NCBI GenBank assembly: GCA_030754595.1
Contig: JASLZZ010000051.1
Coordinates: 1 to 12,276 of the forward strand
Reading direction: 5' to 3'
DNA: 12,276 nucleotides
Source: Nitrospinota bacterium
Lineage (GTDB): Bacteria; UBA8248
Shown here: positions 1 to 7,297 of the stretch, in pieces
Numbering within the stretch: position 1 is the stretch's first letter
Layout: each line of letters starts with the position of its first letter
The notes under the pieces: model-generated
Database searches by the model: none
Told to the model about the DNA's origin: nothing
What the model saw: only the letters and a program-made list of their open reading frames with translations
Position numbers and translations under genes: made by a program

Positions 1-48
1 ACGTGCCGGTCGAAGCACCCGGATTAAGCATGTAGCCGGTTGCGTCCG

Positions 49-66
49 CTCCGCCTGACGGCGGAG
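49..66. repeat. Short perfect inverted repeat (hairpin)
   Basis: CTCCGCC-TGAC-GGCGGAG, 7-bp GC-rich stem with 4-nt loop. No U-tract on either strand, so not called a terminator. Confidence 0.45.
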
Positions 67-156
67 GAAGGTGGAAGGAAATGACCATGCAACTTTTTAA
101 ACCCTTTAGTCTTGAGCGAAGGCCAGAATCGGCAAGCCAGGATTATTATGTGCAAC

Positions 157-192
157 CTCGGATTAGGGATTATTCTCGGATTAGGGATTATT
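157..192 (+). repeat. Perfect 18-bp tandem duplication containing the likely RBS of the pentaheme cytochrome gene
   Basis: CTCGGATTAGGGATTATT at 157-174 and 175-192. AGGGA of the second copy (183-187) lies 8 nt before ATG 196. Confidence 0.9.
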
Positions 193-195
193 TCA

Positions 196-1986
196 ATGTT
201 CTGGCAACCGAAGTTACTATTCGCGATCATTCTATCGTTGGCAATGGCGGTCGCCAGCTCGGCGCAGGCACAAAAGGCCGATGACAAGGCGCCAGAGGAT
301 CAGTTTCGAAACAAGCAGTTCCCCTCGGCCTTCGAATGCAAACCCTGTCATGCGTTGCAGTTCCGCCAATGGTCCGCCTCGCCCCACGCCTATGCCAACC
401 TGAGCCCCGTCTTCGTCGCGGTCGAGAATCAGACCAAGGACAAGACCAACGGCACCTCGGGCACCACCTGTTCGCGGTGTCACGCGCCGTTGGCGGCGGT
501 GCTGGATGTGATGCAGATTTCCAACATGAAGCGGGCGCAATTTGCCCGCGAGGGCGAGGACTTCCTGGGTCCGGTGGTCGAAGGGATTACCTGCGTCGTC
601 TGCCATCGGTTCGACAAACGTTACGCCAAGCGAAGCGCCCGCGCGTTGATCACCGAAGGCGACATCTTCGCGCCGATTTTCGGGCCGACCAACAACGATA
701 TCCAGGCGGAAACCCAGAAGGACACCAGGTTGGCCCTGGTCACCGAGCCCGGCAAGAAGGGGCGGCCGATCCATAAGCGGGTCGAGCACTATCCGTTTCT
801 CCGGGCCTCGATCTTCTGCGGCAATTGCCATTCCTCCAGGCTGCCGACGGGATTCCACAACGAGGAAACCTTCGATGAGTATCGGACCTCGCCGTCCGCC
901 GTCGCCGGCGTAACCTGCCAGGATTGCCATATGGGCAAGGTGCCGGGCGAGGCCAAGGGCTTCGACAAAGGGCCCGCCGCAGTGATCGGCAAGACCGAAA
1001 CCAAGCACCGGCGCCTATCGAACCATTCTATGCCCGGCCCGGATTTCTCGGTGCTGCACCCCGGCATCTTCCCACACAATCAGGATGCGGTGAAGCTGGC
1101 CAACTACGAGCAATGGCTGCAGTTCGATCATGAAAAGGGCTGGGGCACGGACGAGTTCGAGGACAACGTCGCCGACGACCATAAGTTCCCGCAATTCTGG
1201 CAGGATCAGGATCTGCGCTACGAGGCCCGGGATATCCTGGACGAGCAATTCAAGACCTTGAACTATGCCAATGAGCAGCGTCTGGCGGTCATGAAAGCGG
1301 GCTACAAGGTCGAGGACTTCGTTGTCGAAAAGGCCAATCTGAGTGACGGCCTGAAGTTCAAGATCAAGCTCAGGAACGCGGTCCTCGGTCATAACGCGCC
1401 AACCGGCTTCATCCACGAAAGGATGGTATTTTTCCAGATCACGGTAACCGATAGCCGGGGCAATGTCGTCTTCCGCTCGGGAGACCGCGATCCGAACGGA
1501 GATTTGCGCGAGCGGCCGTCGCGATACGTGCGTGCCGGAAAGCTACCGCTGGATACGCAGCTTTTCAATTTGCAGAGCCATTTCATGGTCCATAATTTTT
1601 TCGGCGGCGAGCGCACGCAGCAACGGACCACTCCCTTCTCCAGGACGACCCGACCGTTCGTTCGACCGCCGATAAATCCGACTGCCATCCTCATGCGCCC
1701 CAACGGCACCCGCACCAAAAAGTCTGGAATTGAACCGGGCGGGTTCCGTTGGGCCGCCTACGAGGTCGATGGGGACAAACTGAAAGCCGGGGAAACCTAC
1801 ACCTTGCACATGAAGCTGATTGCTCAAGCGGAGCCGGCTTTCTTCATAGACGTCCAATCCAGTGCCGGCGTGGGGCTCGACTACAACTTCAGTTTGCGGG
1901 AGCTCACCAAGAGGGTGGTCGATGTAAGCATTGATATCTGGGAACAAACGCAAAGCGTGACAATCAAACAAGAAGGAGGCGTATGA
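196..1986 (+). CDS. Exported pentaheme c-type cytochrome (cytochrome c554/c552-related N-terminal domain plus large heme-free C-terminal region)
   Basis: Five CxxCH motifs (CKPCH, CSRCH, CVVCH, CGNCH, CQDCH) and a c554-family-like W-x2-S-x-H after heme 1. Start moved from 112 to in-frame ATG 196 because it has an SD-like AGGGA and gives a Sec signal (MFWQPKLLFAIILSLAMAVASSAQA). Confidence 0.88.
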   Translation: MFWQPKLLFAIILSLAMAVASSAQAQKADDKAPEDQFRNKQFPSAFECKPCHALQFRQWSASPHAYANLSPVFVAVENQTKDKTNGTSGTTCSRCHAPLAAVLDVMQISNMKRAQFAREGEDFLGPVVEGITCVVCHRFDKRYAKRSARALITEGDIFAPIFGPTNNDIQAETQKDTRLALVTEPGKKGRPIHKRVEHYPFLRASIFCGNCHSSRLPTGFHNEETFDEYRTSPSAVAGVTCQDCHMGKVPGEAKGFDKGPAAVIGKTETKHRRLSNHSMPGPDFSVLHPGIFPHNQDAVKLANYEQWLQFDHEKGWGTDEFEDNVADDHKFPQFWQDQDLRYEARDILDEQFKTLNYANEQRLAVMKAGYKVEDFVVEKANLSDGLKFKIKLRNAVLGHNAPTGFIHERMVFFQITVTDSRGNVVFRSGDRDPNGDLRERPSRYVRAGKLPLDTQLFNLQSHFMVHNFFGGERTQQRTTPFSRTTRPFVRPPINPTAILMRPNGTRTKKSGIEPGGFRWAAYEVDGDKLKAGETYTLHMKLIAQAEPAFFIDVQSSAGVGLDYNFSLRELTKRVVDVSIDIWEQTQSVTIKQEGGV

Positions 1987-3431
1987 TGTTTAAAAAGCTG
2001 ATCGGCATCGGGATCATCGCCGCCGTGGGGATGGTCGCCGGGATTACCGACCCCGCCCTGGCCCAGGATAAGGGCTTGCAGGAGACCCAGGATAAGGGCT
2101 TGCGGGATAAAGGCTTGGTGGATCGGGATCCTCTCCGCTACTCCGACGAGGTGAAGGGAATGAAAGAGGTGATAGAACGCCCCAAACCCCTCGTCGAATG
2201 GGGGCAGGGTTATCTCAAGCCGGGGCCCTATTGTTGCGAGTTCGAGCTTCCCACCGGAATGGTTATTTCGCCGAACCTCTTGATCTTCGGCAATTTTCGC
2301 ACCGGGCCGCAGGCCATCGATAACGGCGTCGACCCATCGAGCATCGAGTGGGTCAATACCTTCGACGTTTTCGCCAACCTGAGACTCACCGGAACGGAAA
2401 GAATCTTCTTCGGCATGTCTCCCCTCACGAAAAAGAGCGGCAGCAAGACGAGGTATGTTTTCCAGCCCGACGATACACTCGACACCGAGTTTAACGCCCG
2501 CTTAACCACCGCTTTTTTCGAGGGCGAGCTGAGCGAGATGTTTCCCAAGCTGGATTGGTTCGGCACAAAGCCTCATGATTGGGAAATTGCCGTCGGCCGC
2601 CAACCGGTCTTTATCCACGACGGCCTTCTCATCCAGGACACCATGGATTCCATTGCCATTACCCGCAGCACCGTTCCCTTACCGGGGACGCAATTCGCAC
2701 GCATTGGCGGCATCTTCGGTTGGGACGGCGTCAACAGGAGCAACAACAAAGAGGATACTGAAGCCTACCTATTAGGGCTGTTTTCCGCCATGGACGTGGG
2801 CCACCATACGTTGGATTTCGATATGGTCTATGTGGACAGCGATCAGGACCAGGGCGATCAGTTCAACATAGCCCTCGGGGCCACACAACGCATAATCCTG
2901 TTTAATACCCACTTCGACACCACATTCCGAATCGCCGGCTCCCTTGAGACGGACAACGAAACCAAAATCGCCGACGACGGCGCGTTGTTGTTTTCGAGTA
3001 TCGCGTTTGCGCCCCCAACCACCGATCCCTGGGATAACATCGCCTATGTCAATCTGTTCTTGGCGATCGATAGCTATAAAGTGGCATCCCGCAAATCCGG
3101 CGGACCGTTGGGACTGACCGGGCTTCTGTTCGCGGGCAACGGATTGGCCTCCTTTACGCCGATCAGCAATCAGGCCACCGAATCCTACGGCGGCGCAATC
3201 GGCTACCAGATGTTTTTCTCGCCGACGCAGCGCACCAACCTGATAATGGAAATTGGCGGCCGTAAGGATGACTCGCCCACCGGCTTCAACGCTTACGGCA
3301 TCGGGGCCAAGATATCGCAAGCGATCGGTCAGCACACCTTCGTCTCCCTGGACGTGTTCGGAATCAAGCAGGAAGGAAAAAAGCGGGATACACGCCACGG
3401 CTTGCGCAGCGAGTTGAATATCATCTTCTAG
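1983..3431 (+). CDS. Putative outer-membrane beta-barrel (porin-like) protein
   Basis: SD AGGAGG, ATGA overlap with the upstream stop, Sec signal ending ALA. Many alternating amphipathic strands rich in G/F/D, no internal TM helix, no CxxCH, and a C-terminal BamA-type strand ending in Phe (LRSELNIIF). Confidence 0.72.
   Translation: MMFKKLIGIGIIAAVGMVAGITDPALAQDKGLQETQDKGLRDKGLVDRDPLRYSDEVKGMKEVIERPKPLVEWGQGYLKPGPYCCEFELPTGMVISPNLLIFGNFRTGPQAIDNGVDPSSIEWVNTFDVFANLRLTGTERIFFGMSPLTKKSGSKTRYVFQPDDTLDTEFNARLTTAFFEGELSEMFPKLDWFGTKPHDWEIAVGRQPVFIHDGLLIQDTMDSIAITRSTVPLPGTQFARIGGIFGWDGVNRSNNKEDTEAYLLGLFSAMDVGHHTLDFDMVYVDSDQDQGDQFNIALGATQRIILFNTHFDTTFRIAGSLETDNETKIADDGALLFSSIAFAPPTTDPWDNIAYVNLFLAIDSYKVASRKSGGPLGLTGLLFAGNGLASFTPISNQATESYGGAIGYQMFFSPTQRTNLIMEIGGRKDDSPTGFNAYGIGAKISQAIGQHTFVSLDVFGIKQEGKKRDTRHGLRSELNIIF
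2062..2117 (+). repeat. In-frame short repeats at the mature N-terminus of the barrel protein (DKGL x3)
   Basis: CCCAGGATAAGGGCTTGC at 2062-2079 and 2086-2103 (24-bp period), then degenerate GGGATAAAGGCTTG at 2104-2117. Encodes QDKGLQETQDKGLRDKGL. Confidence 0.85.
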
Positions 3432-3542
3432 GACCCGCGTTAGGGGGGCCGTTTTTCCCCTGATCCCTTGCGCCTTGGCGTCCAATAGGGTTAAGCAAGC
3501 CGTCAAGGTAATGACCACAAATACTTAGTCGAGGAGGGAGTC

Positions 3543-4481
3543 GTGTCGGTTTCATCCATCGGACGCCAGGCTTTGCTATTGGCGATCATGATCGCGGCCT
3601 TCGCATGGACGTCATGGGCGATCGCCGAACCCTATTATCAGGGCCCGAAATCCTGTCAGGATTGCCACAAGGAGGAATACAAGGCCTGGGAGGAATCGAA
3701 GCACTTTACGTCCTACCGCACGGCGCACAAGGAGAAGGACGCGAAGAAGATCGCCAAAGCCGTGGGCGGCAAGAAGAACATGAAGCGGAACAAGAATTGC
3801 AAGGTCTGCCACTATTCGACCGAGCAGAAAAAGGCCGAGGACAAGCCCAAGGTGAAGTACGGCCCGTCCTGCGAACACTGTCACGGCGCCTCTTCCGAAT
3901 GGGAACCTATCCACGCCGACTATGGCGGCAAGGACGTCAAGCGGGAGGAGGAGACGCAGGACCACAAGGCCAAGCGGATCGCCGATTCCACTGCCACCGG
4001 GTTGGTCTGGGCCTCGATGACCTATGATATCGCGGTCAATTGCATGAAGTGCCATGGCTTGGCTCGCTCGGAAATCAGCGGCGAGGCCTTCGCCAAGATG
4101 CTGGAGGCCGGACATCCGATCAACCAATCCTTCGAGATCGTCATGTTCTCCCAGGGCAAGATGCGTCATTGGCTCAAGGAACGTTCGCCGCCGCGATTGG
4201 CCAATCTGTTTGTCGCCGGCCAGGCCGCGAAGCTGGTTTCCGCCACCGAGGCGGCGGCGAAGACCGAGGACGCCAAATACAAGGAGGCGCAAGTGAAGCG
4301 CGTCGCCGATGCCAAGGCCGTCCTGCGGGCTGTGCCCCAGGCGGCGGCGTTGATCAAATCGCCCAGCGACGCCAACGCTCGCAAGATAATGCAGGCGATC
4401 GGCCAGCAGGACCTCTCAGGCCTGGTCGGCGGACTGATCCCCTGCGCCGGCCCAGACAAGAAGAACCTGAGGCAGTGCTAG
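3543..4481 (+). CDS. Periplasmic tetraheme cytochrome c554-family protein with Ala/Lys-rich helical C-terminal extension
   Basis: Strong SD (GAGGAGGGAG 3531-3540), GTG start, signal peptide. Four CxxCH (CQDCH, CKVCH, CEHCH, CMKCH) with the c554-type pattern G-x3-CxxCH-x6-W-x4-H ... CxxCH ... CE-x-CHG ... CxxCH. Confidence 0.88.
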   Translation: MSVSSIGRQALLLAIMIAAFAWTSWAIAEPYYQGPKSCQDCHKEEYKAWEESKHFTSYRTAHKEKDAKKIAKAVGGKKNMKRNKNCKVCHYSTEQKKAEDKPKVKYGPSCEHCHGASSEWEPIHADYGGKDVKREEETQDHKAKRIADSTATGLVWASMTYDIAVNCMKCHGLARSEISGEAFAKMLEAGHPINQSFEIVMFSQGKMRHWLKERSPPRLANLFVAGQAAKLVSATEAAAKTEDAKYKEAQVKRVADAKAVLRAVPQAAALIKSPSDANARKIMQAIGQQDLSGLVGGLIPCAGPDKKNLRQC

Positions 4482-4503
4482 TGGTAGCCGTACGGCAATC
4501 TAT

Positions 4504-4542
4504 GCCAGGTCTAAGCCAAGGCTGCCTGGCTCAGACCTAGGC
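4504..4542. terminator. Imperfect stem-loop downstream of the tetraheme cytochrome gene (possible terminator or mRNA 3' stabiliser)
   Basis: GCC-AGGTCT-A-AGCCA ... TGGCT-C-AGACCT-A-GGC pairs over ~14 bp, starting 23 nt after the stop. No U-tract. Confidence 0.35.
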
Positions 4543-4560
4543 TGCGGACGCAGGCCCGAT

Positions 4561-4590
4561 TGTCATGCCCGGACTTGATCCGGGCATCCA
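4561..4590. repeat. REP-like palindromic element of the (C/T)GTC-tagged type common in Alphaproteobacteria
   Basis: TGTC-ATGCCCGGA-CTTGA-TCCGGGCAT-CCA: 9-bp perfect stem, 5-nt loop, GTC tag and CCA tail, resembling the GTCATG(G/C)CCGG..CCGG(G/C)CATCCA repeats of rhizobia and relatives (recalled, not searched). Confidence 0.75.
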
Positions 4591-4600
4591 CAAGCGCGGA

Positions 4601-4852
4601 CCACCGAATTTTCATTCTCTTGACGATTCTTCTCGCCTCTTTTCTTTGTGTCAGCTTCCGAAAACCCGAATAATGCTTCGTTTTTCTCCAAAACTCCGCG
4701 GCCGCCTTGTGGCATTCGCCGCAGGCCTTGGGGCCAGCCACGAACCTTGGATCCGGCGCCGCATCAGCCACCGACGGCATCCATACAACCCCGAAAACAA
4801 ATATCACCGAAAATACAACTCATCCCAGTCGGTTTCTGATGATTTCAATCAA
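4601..4852 (-). pseudogene. 5' fragment of a second cytochrome c554-family gene (nonsense codon plus 3' truncation)
   Basis: From TTG 4852 it reads MIEIIRNRLG*VVFSVIFVFGVVWMPSVADA-APDPRFVAGPKACGECHKAAAEFWRKTKHYSGFRKLTQRKEARRIVKRMKIR, aligning with GPKSCQDCHKEEYKAWEESKHFTSYRTAHKEKDAKKIAKAVG of 3543-4481. In-frame TGA at 4820-4822. Similarity ends at ~4604, before heme 2. Confidence 0.8.
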
Positions 4853-4904
4853 AGGCGTTGGACAATCTTTCCAGGCTTGAAGAAACTGCTGAAAAAGTCT
4901 CTTT

Positions 4905-5096
4905 TCAGGCCGCCAGCGGCCGAAGCAATGTATATTTGGGCATCCCCCGCCCGCTGGAGCCCCTCTCATACTTGGGCGCGATTCCACGCAAAGAAGCTTC
5001 TTCGACCCGGCGCCTTATGGCCCCTTGATCGAGCCGGATCACTTCCTGAAGCGTCTCGACGCACTCATCGACTTCCGCTTCGGCTTCTGTTGGCAT
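4905..5096 (-). CDS. Small hypothetical protein (63 aa) or gene remnant
   Basis: Co-oriented ORF filling the gap between the decaheme gene and the c554 fragment, with an acidic helical-looking N-half. No clear SD and no recognisable motif. Confidence 0.25.
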   Translation of the reverse strand: MPTEAEAEVDECVETLQEVIRLDQGAIRRRVEEASLRGIAPKYERGSSGRGMPKYTLLRPLAA

Positions 5097-5188
5097 CGGG
5101 ATTCACTTATGTTGGTCATTGATCGGTTAATGGCTGAAATATTCGCAAAACTCCCAAGGACCCAAATATCAGAACAAACAGGCCAGAA

Positions 5189-7297
5189 TTATTGGGATTT
5201 TTCCGGCATCCGCATGGGCGCGTTACTAAGCGCCGGTTTCACTTCGCCGATGTGGTAATTGTGGCAGGTGAGGCATTTATCCGAAGCCCCGTTCCGCGTG
5301 TGGCACGTGGTGCACACGGCCTTCGGTATGGGATGGAAGTTGCTCGCATAAGTAGCGGGATTTAAATCCTTGAAGCCGCCGAGATACTTCGCCCCCGAGT
5401 CGAGCCTGTGGCAGGTGAGACACCCCTTCTCGTCAAGCAGGTTGAAATGCGGGGCGTGCCGGTAGCGGGTAAAACCCCTGACGTTCATAGTGGGGCCCTT
5501 CGCCCGCCAGTTCACTCGCCGGACCTTTTCCCCGGCCCGGTCGACGCTGTGGCACTTGGCGCAAAGGCCGGGCGATTTTTTTCCTGAGAGGGACTTGAAC
5601 ATATCCCCGCGCGCGCCGCCCGAGGCCGCACCGCCCGAGGCCAGATCCAGCCACCCGCGAATGAAGCGGTCCTCATGACCCGTGGGCCGGTAGTAGAGGG
5701 TGAAATCCTGTTCGTACCATCCGCCCGCGACGCTCACTTCCTCGGGAAGGGGAAGCTCTTCGCCTTCTTTCTCTTCGGGCTCTTTTTCCCCTTCTTCCTT
5801 TTCCTTCCCGGGGGCCTCGCCATCCTTGCGCCGCTCGATTTCGGCGGAGAGCCCTGGGAACCAGGCGGCCATCGCCCCGCGCATCACCCCGACGGGTAGC
5901 TGCGCGCTCAGGCGGGAGAGCTCGGCGGCGCCGAGCGGGCGGGCCAGCGCTTTCTCGAGCCGGGCCTTGAGCGCTTTTTGACCGCCGGCAGCGATCTCGT
6001 GGACGAGCCCCTTGATTGCCCAGGCGAGGCGGCCAGCGGCCTTTCGTACATCGTCTTTCGCCTCGGCGAGGTCGAGAAGGTCGACGTCCTCGAGCGCCTC
6101 CTCGGCTTTTTTGAACTCCGAATCCGCCGATAGCAGAAGCCCGAGGAACGGAGTCAGCTCTTCCCCCTCGGCGTCCTGGGGCCAATGGCCTACATCGATC
6201 TTGGCTTTCTGGAGGCCCTCGGCATCGAGCCCCGGCAGGGTGATGAAGGGAATCCCCTTGGCGCCCGCGCTGCTCTCGCCGAGTATCTGCCCTTCGTGGC
6301 ATGCGGCGCAGGCCGACTCGAACCGCCGGGTCTTCATGTACGTTCCGGCCGGATCGGGAAGATGACAACTCTTGCAACTTGTGGGCGCGCGATTCTTCGC
6401 CTCACCCGTGAAATGTTTGTTCAGGTGAGAGGCGTGGTCGAATATCAGCCGCGTTCGCCGGCTATAGGGAAAACGCTTGAATTCAGGGTGATCCTCGCCA
6501 AGGCTCATGAAGCGCGCGGTGTGGCATGACTGGCAGCGCCGGGAATTCATTTCGGCCAAATCCGCACCTTTGCCACGGTGTTCCTGATGGCAGGTGGCGC
6601 ATGCGACGGTGCCCTCAGGCCCATGCCCACCTCTCAATCCAAGCGTGTCGGCCAGAAGCATGTCGATCGAATCCGGTTCGGCTTTTTGCTTTTGGGCGAT
6701 TCGCTCGCTGATCTGAACGAGCGATTGCGGGGATAAGCTGTGCGGCGAGCCGCTGTTATCGCCCAGGACATGGCACGACACGCACAGGCGGCTGTCCTTG
6801 GCGCCCGAATGCGGGGTAAACGCGGCGGCTAGCCACCCTGCGGGACCGCCTTCGAAAGTCGAATGACAATTTCCGCAGGAGCTGGCCGCCGTCTGATGCT
6901 GCGAGGTCAGGGCGCCGGGCGAGATGAACTCAGGGCCCGCGGGCCCGGCGATGAAGAGCAACACGAGCCCCAGCACAAAGAGCGCCGACCACCGGGAGAG
7001 AGCGCCGCGCCGCGCCCGGATGCTCATTACCGGCTGGCAGGGCGGAATCGGATGGCAGCATGTGCCATCGGGCAGCGGGCCCTGGGCACATCGGCCGCCA
7101 AACTCTTTCGACCGCGCACACGACCAGCGGTCCCTCTTATTGATGGGTGTGCATTCATGCCGGGCGATGCACCGTCCCCCGCCGTCCGGGCCGACATGGC
7201 AGGCCCGTCCTTCGGCGGCCCATCCGCAGACCCATTTCCCGCCGGGCCGGTCGTATTGCGACTGATCGAATTTGAAATTCTGGAACCACTTAATCAT
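5189..7297 (-). CDS. Membrane-anchored decaheme c-type cytochrome (c3/c7-like modules) with N-terminal Cys-rich domain
   Basis: Ten CxxCH (CGNCH, CVSCH, CATCH, CQSCH, CKSCH, CAACH, CAKCH, CLTCH, CTTCH, CLTCH), c3/c7-type distal-ligand motifs FDHASH and YRHAPH, and one TM helix (WSALFVLGLVLLFIA). Start moved to ATG 7297, which overlaps the upstream TGA (ATGA), giving 702 aa. Confidence 0.9.
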   Translation of the reverse strand: MIKWFQNFKFDQSQYDRPGGKWVCGWAAEGRACHVGPDGGGRCIARHECTPINKRDRWSCARSKEFGGRCAQGPLPDGTCCHPIPPCQPVMSIRARRGALSRWSALFVLGLVLLFIAGPAGPEFISPGALTSQHQTAASSCGNCHSTFEGGPAGWLAAAFTPHSGAKDSRLCVSCHVLGDNSGSPHSLSPQSLVQISERIAQKQKAEPDSIDMLLADTLGLRGGHGPEGTVACATCHQEHRGKGADLAEMNSRRCQSCHTARFMSLGEDHPEFKRFPYSRRTRLIFDHASHLNKHFTGEAKNRAPTSCKSCHLPDPAGTYMKTRRFESACAACHEGQILGESSAGAKGIPFITLPGLDAEGLQKAKIDVGHWPQDAEGEELTPFLGLLLSADSEFKKAEEALEDVDLLDLAEAKDDVRKAAGRLAWAIKGLVHEIAAGGQKALKARLEKALARPLGAAELSRLSAQLPVGVMRGAMAAWFPGLSAEIERRKDGEAPGKEKEEGEKEPEEKEGEELPLPEEVSVAGGWYEQDFTLYYRPTGHEDRFIRGWLDLASGGAASGGARGDMFKSLSGKKSPGLCAKCHSVDRAGEKVRRVNWRAKGPTMNVRGFTRYRHAPHFNLLDEKGCLTCHRLDSGAKYLGGFKDLNPATYASNFHPIPKAVCTTCHTRNGASDKCLTCHNYHIGEVKPALSNAPMRMPEKSQ
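5613..5642 (-). repeat. 15-bp in-frame tandem duplication (ASGGA x2) in the decaheme gene
   Basis: GCGCCGCCCGAGGCC followed by GCACCGCCCGAGGCC on the + strand, one mismatch. Confidence 0.7.

Noticed and set aside
112..195. ORF-track start at 112 for the pentaheme cytochrome
   Set aside because: The extension is partly the translated 18-bp duplication (LGLGII x2). ATG 196 has an SD-like sequence and gives a normal signal peptide.
81..284. 67-aa ORF with an upstream GGAAGG
   Set aside because: Overlaps the cytochrome gene out of frame and has no recognisable features. A leader-peptide role cannot be supported.
3543..4481. Naming the gene cycA and inferring ammonia oxidation
   Set aside because: Only family-level similarity. 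No hao, cycB or amo in the window.
4544..4601. GCGGAC direct repeats flanking the REP-like element as a target-site duplication
   Set aside because: Only 6 bp in GC-rich DNA and not flush with the element ends.
4820..4822. In-frame TGA as selenocysteine or recoded Trp
   Set aside because: It falls in a signal peptide of a gene that is also truncated, and TGA is the normal stop for neighbouring genes.
4839..4852. FNR-box-like ATGAT-TTCA-ATCAA (9/10 match)
   Set aside because: Overlaps the first codons of the c554 pseudogene with no suitably placed downstream promoter or gene. Probably chance.
6992..7020. RARRGAL as a twin-arginine (Tat) signal in the decaheme
   Set aside because: Lacks the RRxFLK consensus, lies ~95 aa from the start, and c-type cytochromes are generally Sec-exported. 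Better read as a positive-inside flank.
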